A DNA stretch of 64,000 nucleotides from a virus: positions 1 through 64,000 of IMG/VR virus record IMGVR_UViG_3300045988_162524. One strand, written 5' to 3'. Numbering within the stretch: position 1 is the stretch's first letter; every line of letters starts with the position of its first letter. Of this stretch, positions 17,421-27,260 are shown piece by piece. The notes beneath the pieces were generated by a model. It was not told where the DNA came from, ran no database searches, and was given only the letters and a program-made list of their open reading frames with translations. The translations under genes were made by a program, and so were the position numbers.

Positions 17421-19505
17421 TTAAAATGGTAATTCCTCTGTAGGTTCTTCAAATGGTAAATCATTGTTGGAATATTCTCGTTGATAGCCATTATATATGT
17501 GTTCATGACTTTCTTCAAAAATAGGTACAGTCTTAGGAGGATCTTCCCAACCGTACACTATATGTTCTGCAATACTATCTTTTAATCTATTACTTTCCTT
17601 TTCAAACCAAAGTTTTATGAAATGGTCTACAGCTGCGCCCTTTTCCCTGCATTTGCATATTTCTATAATATTAGTACAGCCTGAATTTATTATATCACTT
17701 CTTGTTATAGGTGATAAAAATTCTTTTGAATCATTAGCAAAATCTTGCCCTATACGATGTATAATGAATACATTTTGAGCTAAATCTGGGATATGCCCTG
17801 AACCACTAATATTATTAGGTCTTAAAAAAGTGCCTGATTTATTGGGATGTGCGACTAAATGAATATGTATATCTAACTCTTTAGCTAACTTAGTAAGTTT
17901 TTTCATAAGTTGCTTTTGTTTGTCATACTTATCACCGTCTATATCATCTATGTCAAGACACATTAGGTTATCTAATATAAGCACATCTATATCAGAATTC
18001 TCTTTAAGTTTCTTTACCTCGTATTCTATCTGCTTAAAATTATCTCCATATTCATTATTGAACAAGCTGAAATACTTGTCGATCCAACCGTCTATTTTTT
18101 TCGATATATTGTCAGGTGTATAAAAGAAATTATTAAACTGGCTTGGTTTGTTAAACTGTTTTCCGGCAGCTTGCAAATAAAGCCATGTTTTCACCTCTGT
18201 ATTATCAAGTTCACCTGTCCATAACGCTGTTTTATATCCTCTATTAGCAGAGTTTAATATTAATTCGTTTAGCAATGTTGATTTTGCCGACCCACGATAA
18301 CCAGACCATACAGATACATGTTTTCGCTTGAATCCTATTATAAGTTTATCCAGTTGTTCAATGCCACTAGGTATGAAGTTTTTAGGATCAATTTTGTACT
18401 TCTCAACTTGCGACATTTTTATCCATTTCTCTCCTTTTTCTTTTGTCTCTACAAGGGGGACAAATTCTCTTATTGGAGGATTCCTGAAATCCCTATACAG
18501 ATTTGAGTTGTACGACTTATTGTATGCGTTAGGTTCAAACAATAGCCTAAAATCTCTAAATGTATATTTTTGGCATGAATTGTGCAAACATTTATAACCT
18601 ATCGCTCCATTGTCTAATACAAATATTGCGGCATCTGGATGCTTATGGTTAGAGTCAAAAACACATTCCTCCAATACATATTTTGTAACTCCGTTAATTT
18701 TATTTTTAGAGTGAACTTTGATATGATGCTTTTCAATAAATTCATCAATATCAAATTTTTCAGACGAGAAATTGTTTGCCCTGTTAGGTATTTCCGGTTT
18801 AGGAAGCATATCCGCTACCTTTTGGATATACTCATTCTCTGTTATTTTGAATTCATCAGGAATTCTAATGAACATACTTTCCCGTCTAGGTCTTTCAGCT
18901 GTGTCACTTCCTTTGGAAGATGAAGTCCCTATCAGTTTAGCTATTCTACTGGCATTATATGTAGAACAGTCTATATCAACCTTATCATCTCCAAACATCA
19001 TATTAAGAACATTCAGAAAATCCTTAATCATCTGAGTGTTCTCTTCTGAATTTTTCATGGCAATACGATAATATGCGTGCCATCCGTTACAACTGTCAGC
19101 GATGATGGGTGAAGAAAATCCCATGTCCCTTAAAAACTTGTACACCTTATTCACAACCTGCTTGGCATACTCCTTCTCTTCGTCACTTGAATTAGTATCT
19201 GATGCTCTTTTAGGATCAAAATCAATCATAATAATATCACGCCCGATAATATTATTATCATTTGTTGTTGATTTGGGATTAAGTACTAACCTATCTCTTT
19301 GCGCTCTACTATAACAAGCTTCATCTATTGAATTCAGAACCGCATAAATTCCACAATGCTCGTATGGGCGAATGGCAGATATAATAGACTCTACGTCTTT
19401 AAAATACCCGGAATAAGTTTTTTTCCCATCCAAAATACGTATTTCAACTAACTGGTTTGGTTCTTTCATAATACCATACCATTGTCTTATAGCTTGCTCA
19501 TTCAT
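17421..19505 (-). CDS. primase-polymerase (AEP-like) / SF4 DnaB-type helicase fusion
   Basis: N-terminal IMIDFDPK (DxD) and SCNGWHAYY (sGxGxH). C-terminal Walker A GYRGSAKST and Walker B VLILDNLMCLD. Acidic tail DLPFEEPTEELPF. Confidence 0.85.
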   Translation of the reverse strand: MNEQAIRQWYGIMKEPNQLVEIRILDGKKTYSGYFKDVESIISAIRPYEHCGIYAVLNSIDEACYSRAQRDRLVLNPKSTTNDNNIIGRDIIMIDFDPKRASDTNSSDEEKEYAKQVVNKVYKFLRDMGFSSPIIADSCNGWHAYYRIAMKNSEENTQMIKDFLNVLNMMFGDDKVDIDCSTYNASRIAKLIGTSSSKGSDTAERPRRESMFIRIPDEFKITENEYIQKVADMLPKPEIPNRANNFSSEKFDIDEFIEKHHIKVHSKNKINGVTKYVLEECVFDSNHKHPDAAIFVLDNGAIGYKCLHNSCQKYTFRDFRLLFEPNAYNKSYNSNLYRDFRNPPIREFVPLVETKEKGEKWIKMSQVEKYKIDPKNFIPSGIEQLDKLIIGFKRKHVSVWSGYRGSAKSTLLNELILNSANRGYKTALWTGELDNTEVKTWLYLQAAGKQFNKPSQFNNFFYTPDNISKKIDGWIDKYFSLFNNEYGDNFKQIEYEVKKLKENSDIDVLILDNLMCLDIDDIDGDKYDKQKQLMKKLTKLAKELDIHIHLVAHPNKSGTFLRPNNISGSGHIPDLAQNVFIIHRIGQDFANDSKEFLSPITRSDIINSGCTNIIEICKCREKGAAVDHFIKLWFEKESNRLKDSIAEHIVYGWEDPPKTVPIFEESHEHIYNGYQREYSNNDLPFEEPTEELPF

Positions 19506-19507
19506 AA

Positions 19508-20392
19508 CTACCTGTATTTACTTGGTACAATCGGGTTATATATTTCTTGTGTTATAGATTTATCTCTATATGGAGATTTGTCTGAAAGGAAAAAAGATTT
19601 CTGTTTCTCGCTCAATGTGCTTAATCCTTCCCATGACATCTCGATACTTCGTTGTAGAATAGCATTTGCTAATACAGGATTATTATCAGAAGCATTAATC
19701 CATGTAGTATATGCTTTTTTAGCTCCAGTCTGTGTCTTATATTGTTTTTTAATCTCGTCTTTATAATCAAGCCATTCATTCCACATCGAACGGTACTCGT
19801 CAGAAACATAGCTTAAATCACATCTTACATCAAACGACTTTTCTTTTTTTATTTTTTTAACGCCACTTCCCCTAGTCTCCTTTTGTGGATTAATATCAGC
19901 AGCTATGCTATTGTTGTATTCTTCCAAAGAAAATCTTCCACCTTCCAACGAACTTTCTTTATTAGATACGTTAGTATCTTCTTTTTCATCTGTATTACTA
20001 TCTGTATGTTTACTATATGGTATTGTCACTTCATTTTGCAAATTTGCATTCTTCATTTTGCTAATATCGTAACCTTCATTTTGAAGAATCGAAAGTGCTT
20101 CATCACTAAATGCATACCAACAAGTTCTATCAAGTTTGTTTTTATTGAAATTTCCTTTAATTATAAAGCCACATTCATAAAGATGCTTCAAACTTCTCTG
20201 TATTTTAGTCTCATGAATATATGGGAACAAATCAGATAAAGCTTTTTGGGTGTTATAAGTCCAATAATGTTCATGATAGAGGTGTTTGTTATTAACGGCA
20301 TTCTTATTTATCCAAAAATACATGTTATGAATGAGTATAGCTTCTTCTATCCCATATTTTTTTGCAAAGTTTACATTGAATTGATGTTCCAT
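19508..20392 (-). CDS. replication initiator/organiser-like protein
   Basis: Lies between the helicase and the clamp. N-terminal ~100 aa look like a winged-helix replication-protein N-terminus (by eye). Confidence 0.4.
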   Translation of the reverse strand: MEHQFNVNFAKKYGIEEAILIHNMYFWINKNAVNNKHLYHEHYWTYNTQKALSDLFPYIHETKIQRSLKHLYECGFIIKGNFNKNKLDRTCWYAFSDEALSILQNEGYDISKMKNANLQNEVTIPYSKHTDSNTDEKEDTNVSNKESSLEGGRFSLEEYNNSIAADINPQKETRGSGVKKIKKEKSFDVRCDLSYVSDEYRSMWNEWLDYKDEIKKQYKTQTGAKKAYTTWINASDNNPVLANAILQRSIEMSWEGLSTLSEKQKSFFLSDKSPYRDKSITQEIYNPIVPSKYR

Positions 20393-20425
20393 ATAAATAA
20401 TTTTTACGTCCCATTAGTTAATAAT

Positions 20426-20495
20426 AAATAAGCGGAAGAGTTAATGGAACAAACCTCTTATCATTCGGTCATGACTCCGAACTATCCGCTTATTT
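20426..20495 (-). other. structured 5' leader element
   Basis: 11-bp outer stem aaataagcgga/tccgcttattt encloses two short hairpins, between the promoter box and ATG 20392. Confidence 0.35.
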
Positions 20496-20502
20496 CTAAA
20501 AT

Positions 20503-20527
20503 AGTGGGAAGATTAGCCTATCCCACT
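20503..20527 (-). terminator. terminator hairpin after clamp gene
   Basis: agtggga...tcccact 7-bp stem, followed on the - strand by CTATTTT. Confidence 0.45.
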
Positions 20528-20530
20528 TTG

Positions 20531-20538
20531 CAAATATA
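20531..20538 (-). promoter_or_regulatory. -7 promoter box TATATTTG
   Basis: Reverse complement of caaatata, intergenic. Confidence 0.45.
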
Positions 20539-20576
20539 CAATTAATCTCCTATATTACATCGGATAACAACAAAAA

Positions 20577-21677
20577 TTAATCCCTACAAGGAGACACATA
20601 TCCTCCTTCGGTTGTATATTCAGTATTTCCTATCTCAAATAGCGCATTCTGTCCGCATGGGCGAAGGACTACTTTGTCAGAAGATATAGAGTTTAGGACT
20701 AGCAATAACTTTTGCAGGATAAACGTCTGCTTAAATTCTTTTCCTCCTACAACTTCAACTCTTTCCTCTAATTTTTTATTTAACTCCATATTCTCCGACA
20801 CAAATGTGATTCCAGTTTCATCGAAGTTAATAGTCATTGTTCCCATTTTGGTATTATCTTGTACATATATTGCTCTTGATACAATAGAATGAAATATTTT
20901 TTTGTCTATTTCCACTTCAAACAAAGGCTGATATTTGAGCAACATATAAAAGTCCAATGGTTTGAAGTCATATTTGCGGATAAGCAACATTGAATTGTCT
21001 CCTATCACAATGATATTCTTTTCTCCATTTTTTATAGTGACTTTTTGTTCGTTTGCTAACGCCTTACGCAGAGCCGCAAAAGCCGACATGTCTATAGATA
21101 CTTTCAGTTCTCCCTCGTAGTCAATATATGCGCTATCATGGTACATCTTATCAAAATTGAAAGCAAATACATCAACCTTATTGTCTTTTATAAACAAATG
21201 AAGATGCTGGTTATTAGGCTGAAATTCATCATATTCCAATAATGGCATACCTTTTTGAATCCAATAGCCAAGCAAATTAGCATCCAATGTAAATGTATCG
21301 CAATTAACCTCCTGTGCCAATGTAGGATATACCATTACATCATGCAAAGGAAAATTCATCGTACTGTTTGGTGTGGAGACAATAGCATTCAGTTTCTCAT
21401 TATCTACATCTATATCAAAGTAATCCTCCATTAGAAGAGAAACATAGTTCTCAATATCGTCCTTGTCTATGCAAAACTCGATATTCTTATAAGACTCTTC
21501 CAACTTGAAATGGGTCTTTATCGCATTCTTGTCATTGTAAGATAACAACCAACACGTATTATCGACTATTTGAACTTTAACAGATTGCAAAATTGGCAAT
21601 GGAGTTCTTTTGGAAGAGAAACTACCACCTGTCTTTATTGCGTTCAAAAAATCCTTCTTATTAAACTTAATCCTCAT
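20577..21677 (-). CDS. dnaN: DNA polymerase III beta sliding-clamp homologue
   Basis: 366 aa, the same length as bacterial DnaN. N-terminus MRIKFNKKDFLNAIKTGGSFSSKRTPLPILQSVKVQIVDN aligns with the DnaN pattern ...PTLPILGNLLLQV. Confidence 0.7.
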   Translation of the reverse strand: MRIKFNKKDFLNAIKTGGSFSSKRTPLPILQSVKVQIVDNTCWLLSYNDKNAIKTHFKLEESYKNIEFCIDKDDIENYVSLLMEDYFDIDVDNEKLNAIVSTPNSTMNFPLHDVMVYPTLAQEVNCDTFTLDANLLGYWIQKGMPLLEYDEFQPNNQHLHLFIKDNKVDVFAFNFDKMYHDSAYIDYEGELKVSIDMSAFAALRKALANEQKVTIKNGEKNIIVIGDNSMLLIRKYDFKPLDFYMLLKYQPLFEVEIDKKIFHSIVSRAIYVQDNTKMGTMTINFDETGITFVSENMELNKKLEERVEVVGGKEFKQTFILQKLLLVLNSISSDKVVLRPCGQNALFEIGNTEYTTEGGYVSPCRD

Positions 21678-21885
21678 CGTTTAGCAATAATAAAATGTTA
21701 TAATATTCATCTCTTTTTTTTATTCTAAAATCCACCATAGTATTCAAGCATTTTATGACTTCGGGACATTCTTGACGACGAAGCTGTAAAAAGTTCTTCA
21801 AATCCTTCAATGTACGAACGGCTTGATCTGTCTGATCCACTATTTTTTCAGCCGTTCTAATTTTATCATATAATTCTGCTTTCAT
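21667..21885 (-). CDS. hypothetical protein
   Basis: 72-aa ORF overlapping the clamp start. Confidence 0.5.
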   Translation of the reverse strand: MKAELYDKIRTAEKIVDQTDQAVRTLKDLKNFLQLRRQECPEVIKCLNTMVDFRIKKRDEYYNILLLLNDED

Positions 21886-22079
21886 TTGTTCGCTTTTACA
21901 TAATTATCACAAAAAGTTCCATTATATGCAGGTTCTAAAAAACCGTAATAAAGATAATCCTCCCCATTTAAAGGGTCAAAGATATAGTAGTCAAGATATT
22001 CTTGATATTTTTTACAAGTATCTCTGATTTTACAATTCATACCATCGCACATAACGCTATACTTGTCCTCCCTCATCAT
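21882..22079 (-). CDS. small Cys-rich protein
   Basis: 65 aa with five Cys residues (VMCDGMNCKIRDTCKKY...TFCDNY). ATGA-type overlap with its neighbour. Confidence 0.5.
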   Translation of the reverse strand: MMREDKYSVMCDGMNCKIRDTCKKYQEYLDYYIFDPLNGEDYLYYGFLEPAYNGTFCDNYVKANK

Positions 22080-22236
22080 TGTAAATTGCTATCAATTCAT
22101 TCATTCTGTCTACCAAGAAGCTTGCTGCCTCTCCTACCTGCTGTGATATTAAGATATAAGGCTTTAACTGATTCTCATACATAGAATCCATCGCTTTGAT
22201 GGTATCTTCCAGCTTTTTTAAATTTTCCGGTTTCAT
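22057..22236 (-). CDS. hypothetical small protein
   Basis: 59-aa ORF just below the track cutoff (MKPENLKKLEDTIKAMDSMYENQL...). ATGA overlap with ORF 22233-22577; fills an otherwise empty gap. Confidence 0.4.
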   Translation of the reverse strand: MKPENLKKLEDTIKAMDSMYENQLKPYILISQQVGEAASFLVDRMNELIAIYNDEGGQV

Positions 22237-22577
22237 AAGTTTTCTTTTATAAAATAAATACCATCAATTAAAACGTAAGGCAGAGTACCTTTCTTAATTC
22301 GCTGCCGAACCGTCTCCTTAGCAAGATTATTCATCTCTGCGTAATGGCGTATAGTTAATAAACTATTCAATTCTCTTTTATCCTCGATACAATCAAGTAT
22401 TTCTTTTAACTTTTCATCAATACATGCATAAGAATCAGGAGAATAAAGTACTTTCATATTAATACCTACATTTATATGAGTACTAATATTATTTTCACGA
22501 ATATTTGTCCTAATAGGGTCGCTAACAGAAAGTGTTATCGAATCTTTAGCTACTAAATCTTTAAATTTTACCATCAA
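22233..22577 (-). CDS. putative HTH DNA-binding protein
   Basis: C-terminal LLTIRHYAEMNNLAKETVRQRIKKGTLPYVLIDGIYFI resembles an excisionase-type HTH. Confidence 0.45.
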   Translation of the reverse strand: MMVKFKDLVAKDSITLSVSDPIRTNIRENNISTHINVGINMKVLYSPDSYACIDEKLKEILDCIEDKRELNSLLTIRHYAEMNNLAKETVRQRIKKGTLPYVLIDGIYFIKENL

Positions 22578-23191
22578 TCTAAAAGTTTAAATTCATATAC
22601 AAATACATAAGGATTGGATTTAAAAACTCCTTTGCCGGATACTTTGTCTATCAAAACTTCAAAAGCATCACGAGGGGTACAATATGGTTGTTTTTCTTTA
22701 GGTACATAATAAGCATCCATAAAGTGAGTGGATTCGGATCCACATTTCCCTTTTACAATTCCCTCTTTCAAGCAATCTTCATCGGATATATCTTGTAGGC
22801 GTTCTACCTTGATGTCGGTAATTTCGATATGGTGGGGCATTAGGTTAACTTTCACAAACATCTTGTTAGCCCATCCAGCTGCTCTGTCTCTGTGATAATG
22901 AATCCCATCCTGTACCCATGAATACTCTCCATTATATCCAATGTCTTTATAACTTTGCGCAATGGCAACAACTTCACCAACCTTGTATTTAGGTTCAAAT
23001 GTCATACGAATATTATCAGACTTGTCTTTCCAAATAATACAATCATCGACAATATCAAATATATCGTAAATGTCAAGGTAAGGAACAAGTTTATCAGGGA
23101 TATAAAATATCCTCCTTGTCATAGTCTTTCGACCATCCAATACGGCTTGGGTTAAGCCAAATTTATCATTGAACATTATTTTTTTACTCAT
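22574..23191 (-). CDS. ASCH/PUA-like domain protein (tentative)
   Basis: N-terminal FGLTQAVLDGRKTMTRR motif, remembered from ASCH-like phage proteins. Confidence 0.4.
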   Translation of the reverse strand: MSKKIMFNDKFGLTQAVLDGRKTMTRRIFYIPDKLVPYLDIYDIFDIVDDCIIWKDKSDNIRMTFEPKYKVGEVVAIAQSYKDIGYNGEYSWVQDGIHYHRDRAAGWANKMFVKVNLMPHHIEITDIKVERLQDISDEDCLKEGIVKGKCGSESTHFMDAYYVPKEKQPYCTPRDAFEVLIDKVSGKGVFKSNPYVFVYEFKLLD

Positions 23192-23345
23192 ATCACATTT
23201 ATTTTAGTTTCCAATAAAAACCTCCGGCAGACTTAGACCGTCCTTTAAGGCAGTTTGTTATTGATGTTATAAGTATGCCATTTTCTTTTGCTGCGATTGC
23301 CTAATCTTTTTCAAGACATCAACATTAAACGGTACACGAATACTA

Positions 23346-23639
23346 TTATCTACTTTCATCGTCCTGTCCTCCCTCTTTTTCAGGTTCAACGTTCATAGTA
23401 TTTCCCTTTTGCTGACTTTTCCATTGAATTATAGTCATGATAGCAGCACCGAAAATACTGTTTACGAACTGGGTTCTCTGATTATCATCTTCAAGAGGAA
23501 GAGTTGGAGGGTCAAGTATAATCTCCGAAACACCATCCAAATCAGAACCGGACACACCATTATCTTTCAATTCCGGTAAATTCAAAATGCTTCTCAAATT
23601 AGAAGCATCAACATAACAACTTACTTTAATACGTTCCAT
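23346..23639 (-). CDS. hypothetical acidic protein
   Basis: Start moved to ATG 23639 (MERIKVSCYV). The upstream TTG at 23690 lies inside the operator palindrome. Confidence 0.5.
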   Translation of the reverse strand: MERIKVSCYVDASNLRSILNLPELKDNGVSGSDLDGVSEIILDPPTLPLEDDNQRTQFVNSIFGAAIMTIIQWKSQQKGNTMNVEPEKEGGQDDESR

Positions 23640-23666
23640 ATTTTTTGGTTTTAAATTAATGTTCTG

Positions 23667-23697
23667 CAAATATAAGTTGGCGATTGGCAATCGCCAA
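23667..23697 (-). promoter_or_regulatory. TATATTTG box with adjacent perfect 21-bp palindrome (operator candidate)
   Basis: Box = reverse complement of 23667-23674. Palindrome ttggcgattg-g-caatcgccaa at 23677-23697, 2 nt upstream of the box. Confidence 0.55.
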
Positions 23698-23846
23698 ATG
23701 TAATTAAGGCTTTAACACTACATTAACGTTTAGCATATATAAAAAACAAGGGACAGCTTCACTAAGCCATCCCCGTCCCCATGTTCAACTGAAAGAAAAA
23801 AGTAATCAAACACCTTTAAATGAATAAAAAATTAGAGATAATATAT

Positions 23847-23870
23847 AGGGGTAATATCACTATCACCCCT
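23847..23870. terminator. hairpin (terminator-like)
   Basis: aggggtaata-tcac-tatcacccct with one mismatch. T6 follows on +; an A/T-rich run with T6 follows on -. Confidence 0.4.
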
Positions 23871-23918
23871 ACATTTTTTGTCAAACACTTATAAGTAAAT
23901 TCTACTGTACCAGTACTG

Positions 23919-23926
23919 CAAATATA
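23919..23926 (-). promoter_or_regulatory. -7 promoter box TATATTTG
   Basis: Reverse complement of caaatata, just downstream of stop 23943. Confidence 0.4.
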
Positions 23927-23942
23927 GAGAACATTTTCAATA

Positions 23943-24245
23943 CTACAAAGAAATTCCTTGTTTTTTTTGCCCCATCTCTGTCAAATGGTTAAACCAACGA
24001 ACAGCAAGGTCGGCAGACCTATACGTTTTACCCATGTACAGCGAATCGCCAAACCCGTTGCTACTGGGATAACTCACACAATCAAACATCTTGTTCTCAA
24101 CACGACGGAAAACTTCATAAACAACATTACCGCCACAATCGTCAACGCTTCTATACATATAAGCATAAGGAGACTTGTTCACCAAAGTAAAAGTAAAACC
24201 CTTAGTCTCACCACGACCCTTTATAACCAATTCCAACTCTTTCAT
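23943..24245 (-). CDS. hypothetical protein
   Basis: Start set at ATG 24245 (MKELELVIKG), which forms an ATGA overlap with the methyltransferase stop. Confidence 0.5.
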   Translation of the reverse strand: MKELELVIKGRGETKGFTFTLVNKSPYAYMYRSVDDCGGNVVYEVFRRVENKMFDCVSYPSSNGFGDSLYMGKTYRSADLAVRWFNHLTEMGQKKQGISL

Positions 24246-25222
24246 TTTTTGTTTTTTATAAAAGAAAATATATGTTTTATGACTTCTACAGTCCATCCGT
24301 TGCCAAGCATCTTGTAGATTTGGGTGTCTGAACAATACCATTTATACCAATCAGGAACAGTTTGCAAACGAGCACATTCCAAAGGAGTATATCTCCTAAG
24401 CCTTCTTTCACCATTTATAGTAACAGGAACATAATCAGTAACTAAATTCCCTTTATATATCGCTGTGGCTGTTATACAATGAGACTTATCATCTCCTGAC
24501 ATAATTCTTATTTTTACATTCTTCTTTTTGCTACGAGATACAAGCCAATCATGCATATTGTCACTGATAAAGTACTTTTTATCAACTTCATCTTCAAGAA
24601 TATCCCTTAAATAGATACATCTGTCAGCAGGACGAGGTATATGGGTATATAAATCATGATTAAAAAGACCATATCTTGTAGTCTTTATATTGCTCCAATA
24701 TATTCGTCTCCTGTTCTGGGCGGATACCAATGCGGAATTAATATGCGCACCCTTGATTCCAAGAACGCTATCTATCACATTCTCCCATTTAGTCTGCATC
24801 TCCACATTCTCCAACAAAAACAGAATATCAGGATTGACTTTTCTCAATTCCTTCAAAATACGCACATACTCCCAAAACAGGTAGGATTCACCCTCAAATT
24901 CATAATTATGTTCTTTCAATTCCAAATATCGGTCAAGAGTAACCACCTCTTCACTGCACTTAGTACTCATACCGTTCATCTTACCAGCGGAACTGAACGA
25001 AGTGCACGGAGAACCGCCAATAAGCAAGTCTATCCTGCCAAGTTTGGATGCATCCAATTCCCTAACGTCACCTACATGGATAACGTTAGGGAAGTTGCGA
25101 CTTGTCTGCATAATAGCATATTTGTCTATCTCGGAAGCATAATAAACCTCCGGCTCTATGCCAAGCTCCCTCAAAGCAATCATGCCGCAGCCCATACCAT
25201 CAAACAAAGACAATACCCTCAT
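24242..25222 (-). CDS. dcm: DNA (cytosine-5) methyltransferase
   Basis: Motifs in canonical order: LSLFDGMGCG (I), GGSPCTSFS (IV), LLENV (VI), QNRRRIYW (VIII), GNGWTV (X). Confidence 0.95.
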   Translation of the reverse strand: MRVLSLFDGMGCGMIALRELGIEPEVYYASEIDKYAIMQTSRNFPNVIHVGDVRELDASKLGRIDLLIGGSPCTSFSSAGKMNGMSTKCSEEVVTLDRYLELKEHNYEFEGESYLFWEYVRILKELRKVNPDILFLLENVEMQTKWENVIDSVLGIKGAHINSALVSAQNRRRIYWSNIKTTRYGLFNHDLYTHIPRPADRCIYLRDILEDEVDKKYFISDNMHDWLVSRSKKKNVKIRIMSGDDKSHCITATAIYKGNLVTDYVPVTINGERRLRRYTPLECARLQTVPDWYKWYCSDTQIYKMLGNGWTVEVIKHIFSFIKNKK

Positions 25223-25662
25223 TCAGAAATCTTCAAACTAGGTAAAACACCGGCAGCATCAAACAAAATACTAGAAACAGCATCTTTATACTCCCTCTCG
25301 CTTATCTCATCGCCCAAATAATGAACATAAGCCTTCTCTGATAAGTTAATCCTAATACAGCCATTATCATCACGACTAACAGAAGATACCATACATTCTG
25401 CTAACACTTTACCATCTGAACCAGCATACAAATCTTCCGGCTGAACATCTAACAATACATGATATTCGTAAAAAGGAGAACGGGAACTATAGCGATGTTC
25501 GGATTTATAATAACGACCTATCTTATCCTTAAATTCAGGATAATACCTTTTAGCAAGGTAATTTTCATATTCCTTCCTAACAACATAAAGCTCCTCATCC
25601 AATTGCGCCAACTTGTCCTGATACCAAGACAAATCCTTCTCTTCTTTCTTCTTCATAAACAT
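25219..25662 (-). CDS. hypothetical protein
   Basis: 147-aa ORF, ATGA-type overlap with the methyltransferase start, promoter box 31 nt upstream. Confidence 0.55.
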   Translation of the reverse strand: MFMKKKEEKDLSWYQDKLAQLDEELYVVRKEYENYLAKRYYPEFKDKIGRYYKSEHRYSSRSPFYEYHVLLDVQPEDLYAGSDGKVLAECMVSSVSRDDNGCIRINLSEKAYVHYLGDEISEREYKDAVSSILFDAAGVLPSLKISE

Positions 25663-25692
25663 GATTTCTATCTTTTTTAGTTAAACATGTCG

Positions 25693-25700
25693 CAAATATA
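25693..25700 (-). promoter_or_regulatory. -7 promoter box TATATTTG
   Basis: Reverse complement of caaatata, 31 nt upstream of ATG 25662. Confidence 0.45.
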
Positions 25701-26120
25701 CACCCATTTAAAGCAAAAAACAAGAAATATACAAAATATAACACTGACTTTAACTAAATAGACACCAAATAAGGTTTAATAAGTGGCATAAATAACGATT
25801 TTCATACCAAAAATGAAGAACTTATCGTCTTAATGGCTAAAATAGGAAAAATATATTAATAGTTAAACTAAAAAAGAAAACCCCCATCTTCACAGACCGG
25901 GGAAAGTACAAATTGTAAAATCTTAGTTTTATGGCTAAGCACAAATATAATGAATTAAGCCAATAGACACAACAAAAAATAGCAGAAAATAGACAAAATC
26001 AATTATGGCTATTAAATGCTACTTTATAACACCCAAAAAATATAAAATCCCCAACCTGAAAAGCCATAAAAACAAGAAAGGGGACACAGAAAGAAGGTAC
26101 GCAAAGATATATAATTTCTC

Positions 26121-27239
26121 TTAATCATCCAACTTTTTCCAAATATATCCACCACCCCTTTTTGTAATTCCCTTTATATTTTGCCATATACACGAATAGC
26201 GTACACCTGTTGAGTTACTAGCACTTCTTATTCCATCATACTGTGCTATAAAAACGCCATTTAGGTCGTATTGTTCTATCTTAAAGTCATTAGGAAAATA
26301 AGCTCTTATCTCTTTTTTGTTTTTGATAGACTCTTTGACAGGCTTATTTTCACATTCAGACATTGGCTTATAGGTGTCACCAAGAACTTTTCCAATAGTC
26401 TCATCGTAAGGCTCTATCTTTATGGGATAATCATCAGATACTTTCTTGTATAAAACATAACCATTTACGTATTTGCCATAAGGAATGTTATGGTTGCGAC
26501 TAAAAGATAAGGCAGCACGTCGTTTGCTTTCATACTCTCCACAAAAATTACCTTGCATATCATACTTCAATGCATGAGGAACAACATGAGTGACATATTC
26601 TTTTTCAACTACATGTTTTACAACCTCATTGTGAACGATAGTCCGCGTACGATTGACCACTTTATAACCAACTGGCTCTATGCGTTCAGGGATATAGCCA
26701 TATTTACCAGTCTTGAATATATATTTGCCTTTGTATATCTTAGCTTTATCAAGAAAACGAGATAATTCATTTTCCAATAAACCCATATCATAACAACAAC
26801 GACCTTTTGAATGATAACTCTTTTGAAAAACGCCATCTTTGTCATAAACCAAAACTTGGCAAGAAGCACCATTGGTCTGAATATCTTCTGTAGGAATACC
26901 TAATATCTCGCCACCTATGCCAGAATTATAACCATTTGGATACAATGTGTCAAATTCACGAATATACTTTATCTCTAAAATTGATAGGCAGAGGAGAAGG
27001 TCAGAAGAATCGGCTATATCCAAAACTGATACAATAGAAATATCCACATTCTCAATTCCAAATTCAGCAAGAGCAGACATGTTCTTTGAATCAGAACCAA
27101 AATTACGAGATAATTGAGACTCATACAACCTAACACGATTACCCAAACATTTAGTCTGACCAATATAACACTTACCATCTGGGTAAGTCAACTTGTAAAC
27201 ACAAGCACATTTCAATTTCTTAGCTTCTTCAATTTTCAT
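26121..27239 (-). CDS. GIY-YIG family endonuclease with repeated C-terminal DNA-binding modules
   Basis: Start set at ATG 27239 (MKIEEAKKLKCACVYKLTYPDGKCYIGQTKCLGNRVRLYE). Three repeats of a G.F...Y.S...A module follow (GVFQKSYHSKGRC, GNFCGEYESKRRA, GVFIAQYDGIRSA). Confidence 0.75.
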   Translation of the reverse strand: MKIEEAKKLKCACVYKLTYPDGKCYIGQTKCLGNRVRLYESQLSRNFGSDSKNMSALAEFGIENVDISIVSVLDIADSSDLLLCLSILEIKYIREFDTLYPNGYNSGIGGEILGIPTEDIQTNGASCQVLVYDKDGVFQKSYHSKGRCCYDMGLLENELSRFLDKAKIYKGKYIFKTGKYGYIPERIEPVGYKVVNRTRTIVHNEVVKHVVEKEYVTHVVPHALKYDMQGNFCGEYESKRRAALSFSRNHNIPYGKYVNGYVLYKKVSDDYPIKIEPYDETIGKVLGDTYKPMSECENKPVKESIKNKKEIRAYFPNDFKIEQYDLNGVFIAQYDGIRSASNSTGVRYSCIWQNIKGITKRGGGYIWKKLDD

Positions 27240-27260
27240 ATACGATTCATTTAATTTCTG

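Noticed and set aside
20426-20495. tRNA-like cloverleaf (outer stem plus two inner hairpins)
   Set aside because: The outer stem is 11 bp rather than 7. There is no GTTCRANYC-type T-loop, no D-loop GG and no plausible anticodon arm, and the length is too short once the stem is trimmed. It sits in a 5' leader. No other tRNA-like sequence was seen.
24656-25321. 221-aa + strand ORF opposite the C5 methyltransferase
   Set aside because: The opposite-strand ORF carries all five canonical methyltransferase motifs in order. The + frame has no motif and no upstream signal, and is best explained as a shadow ORF.
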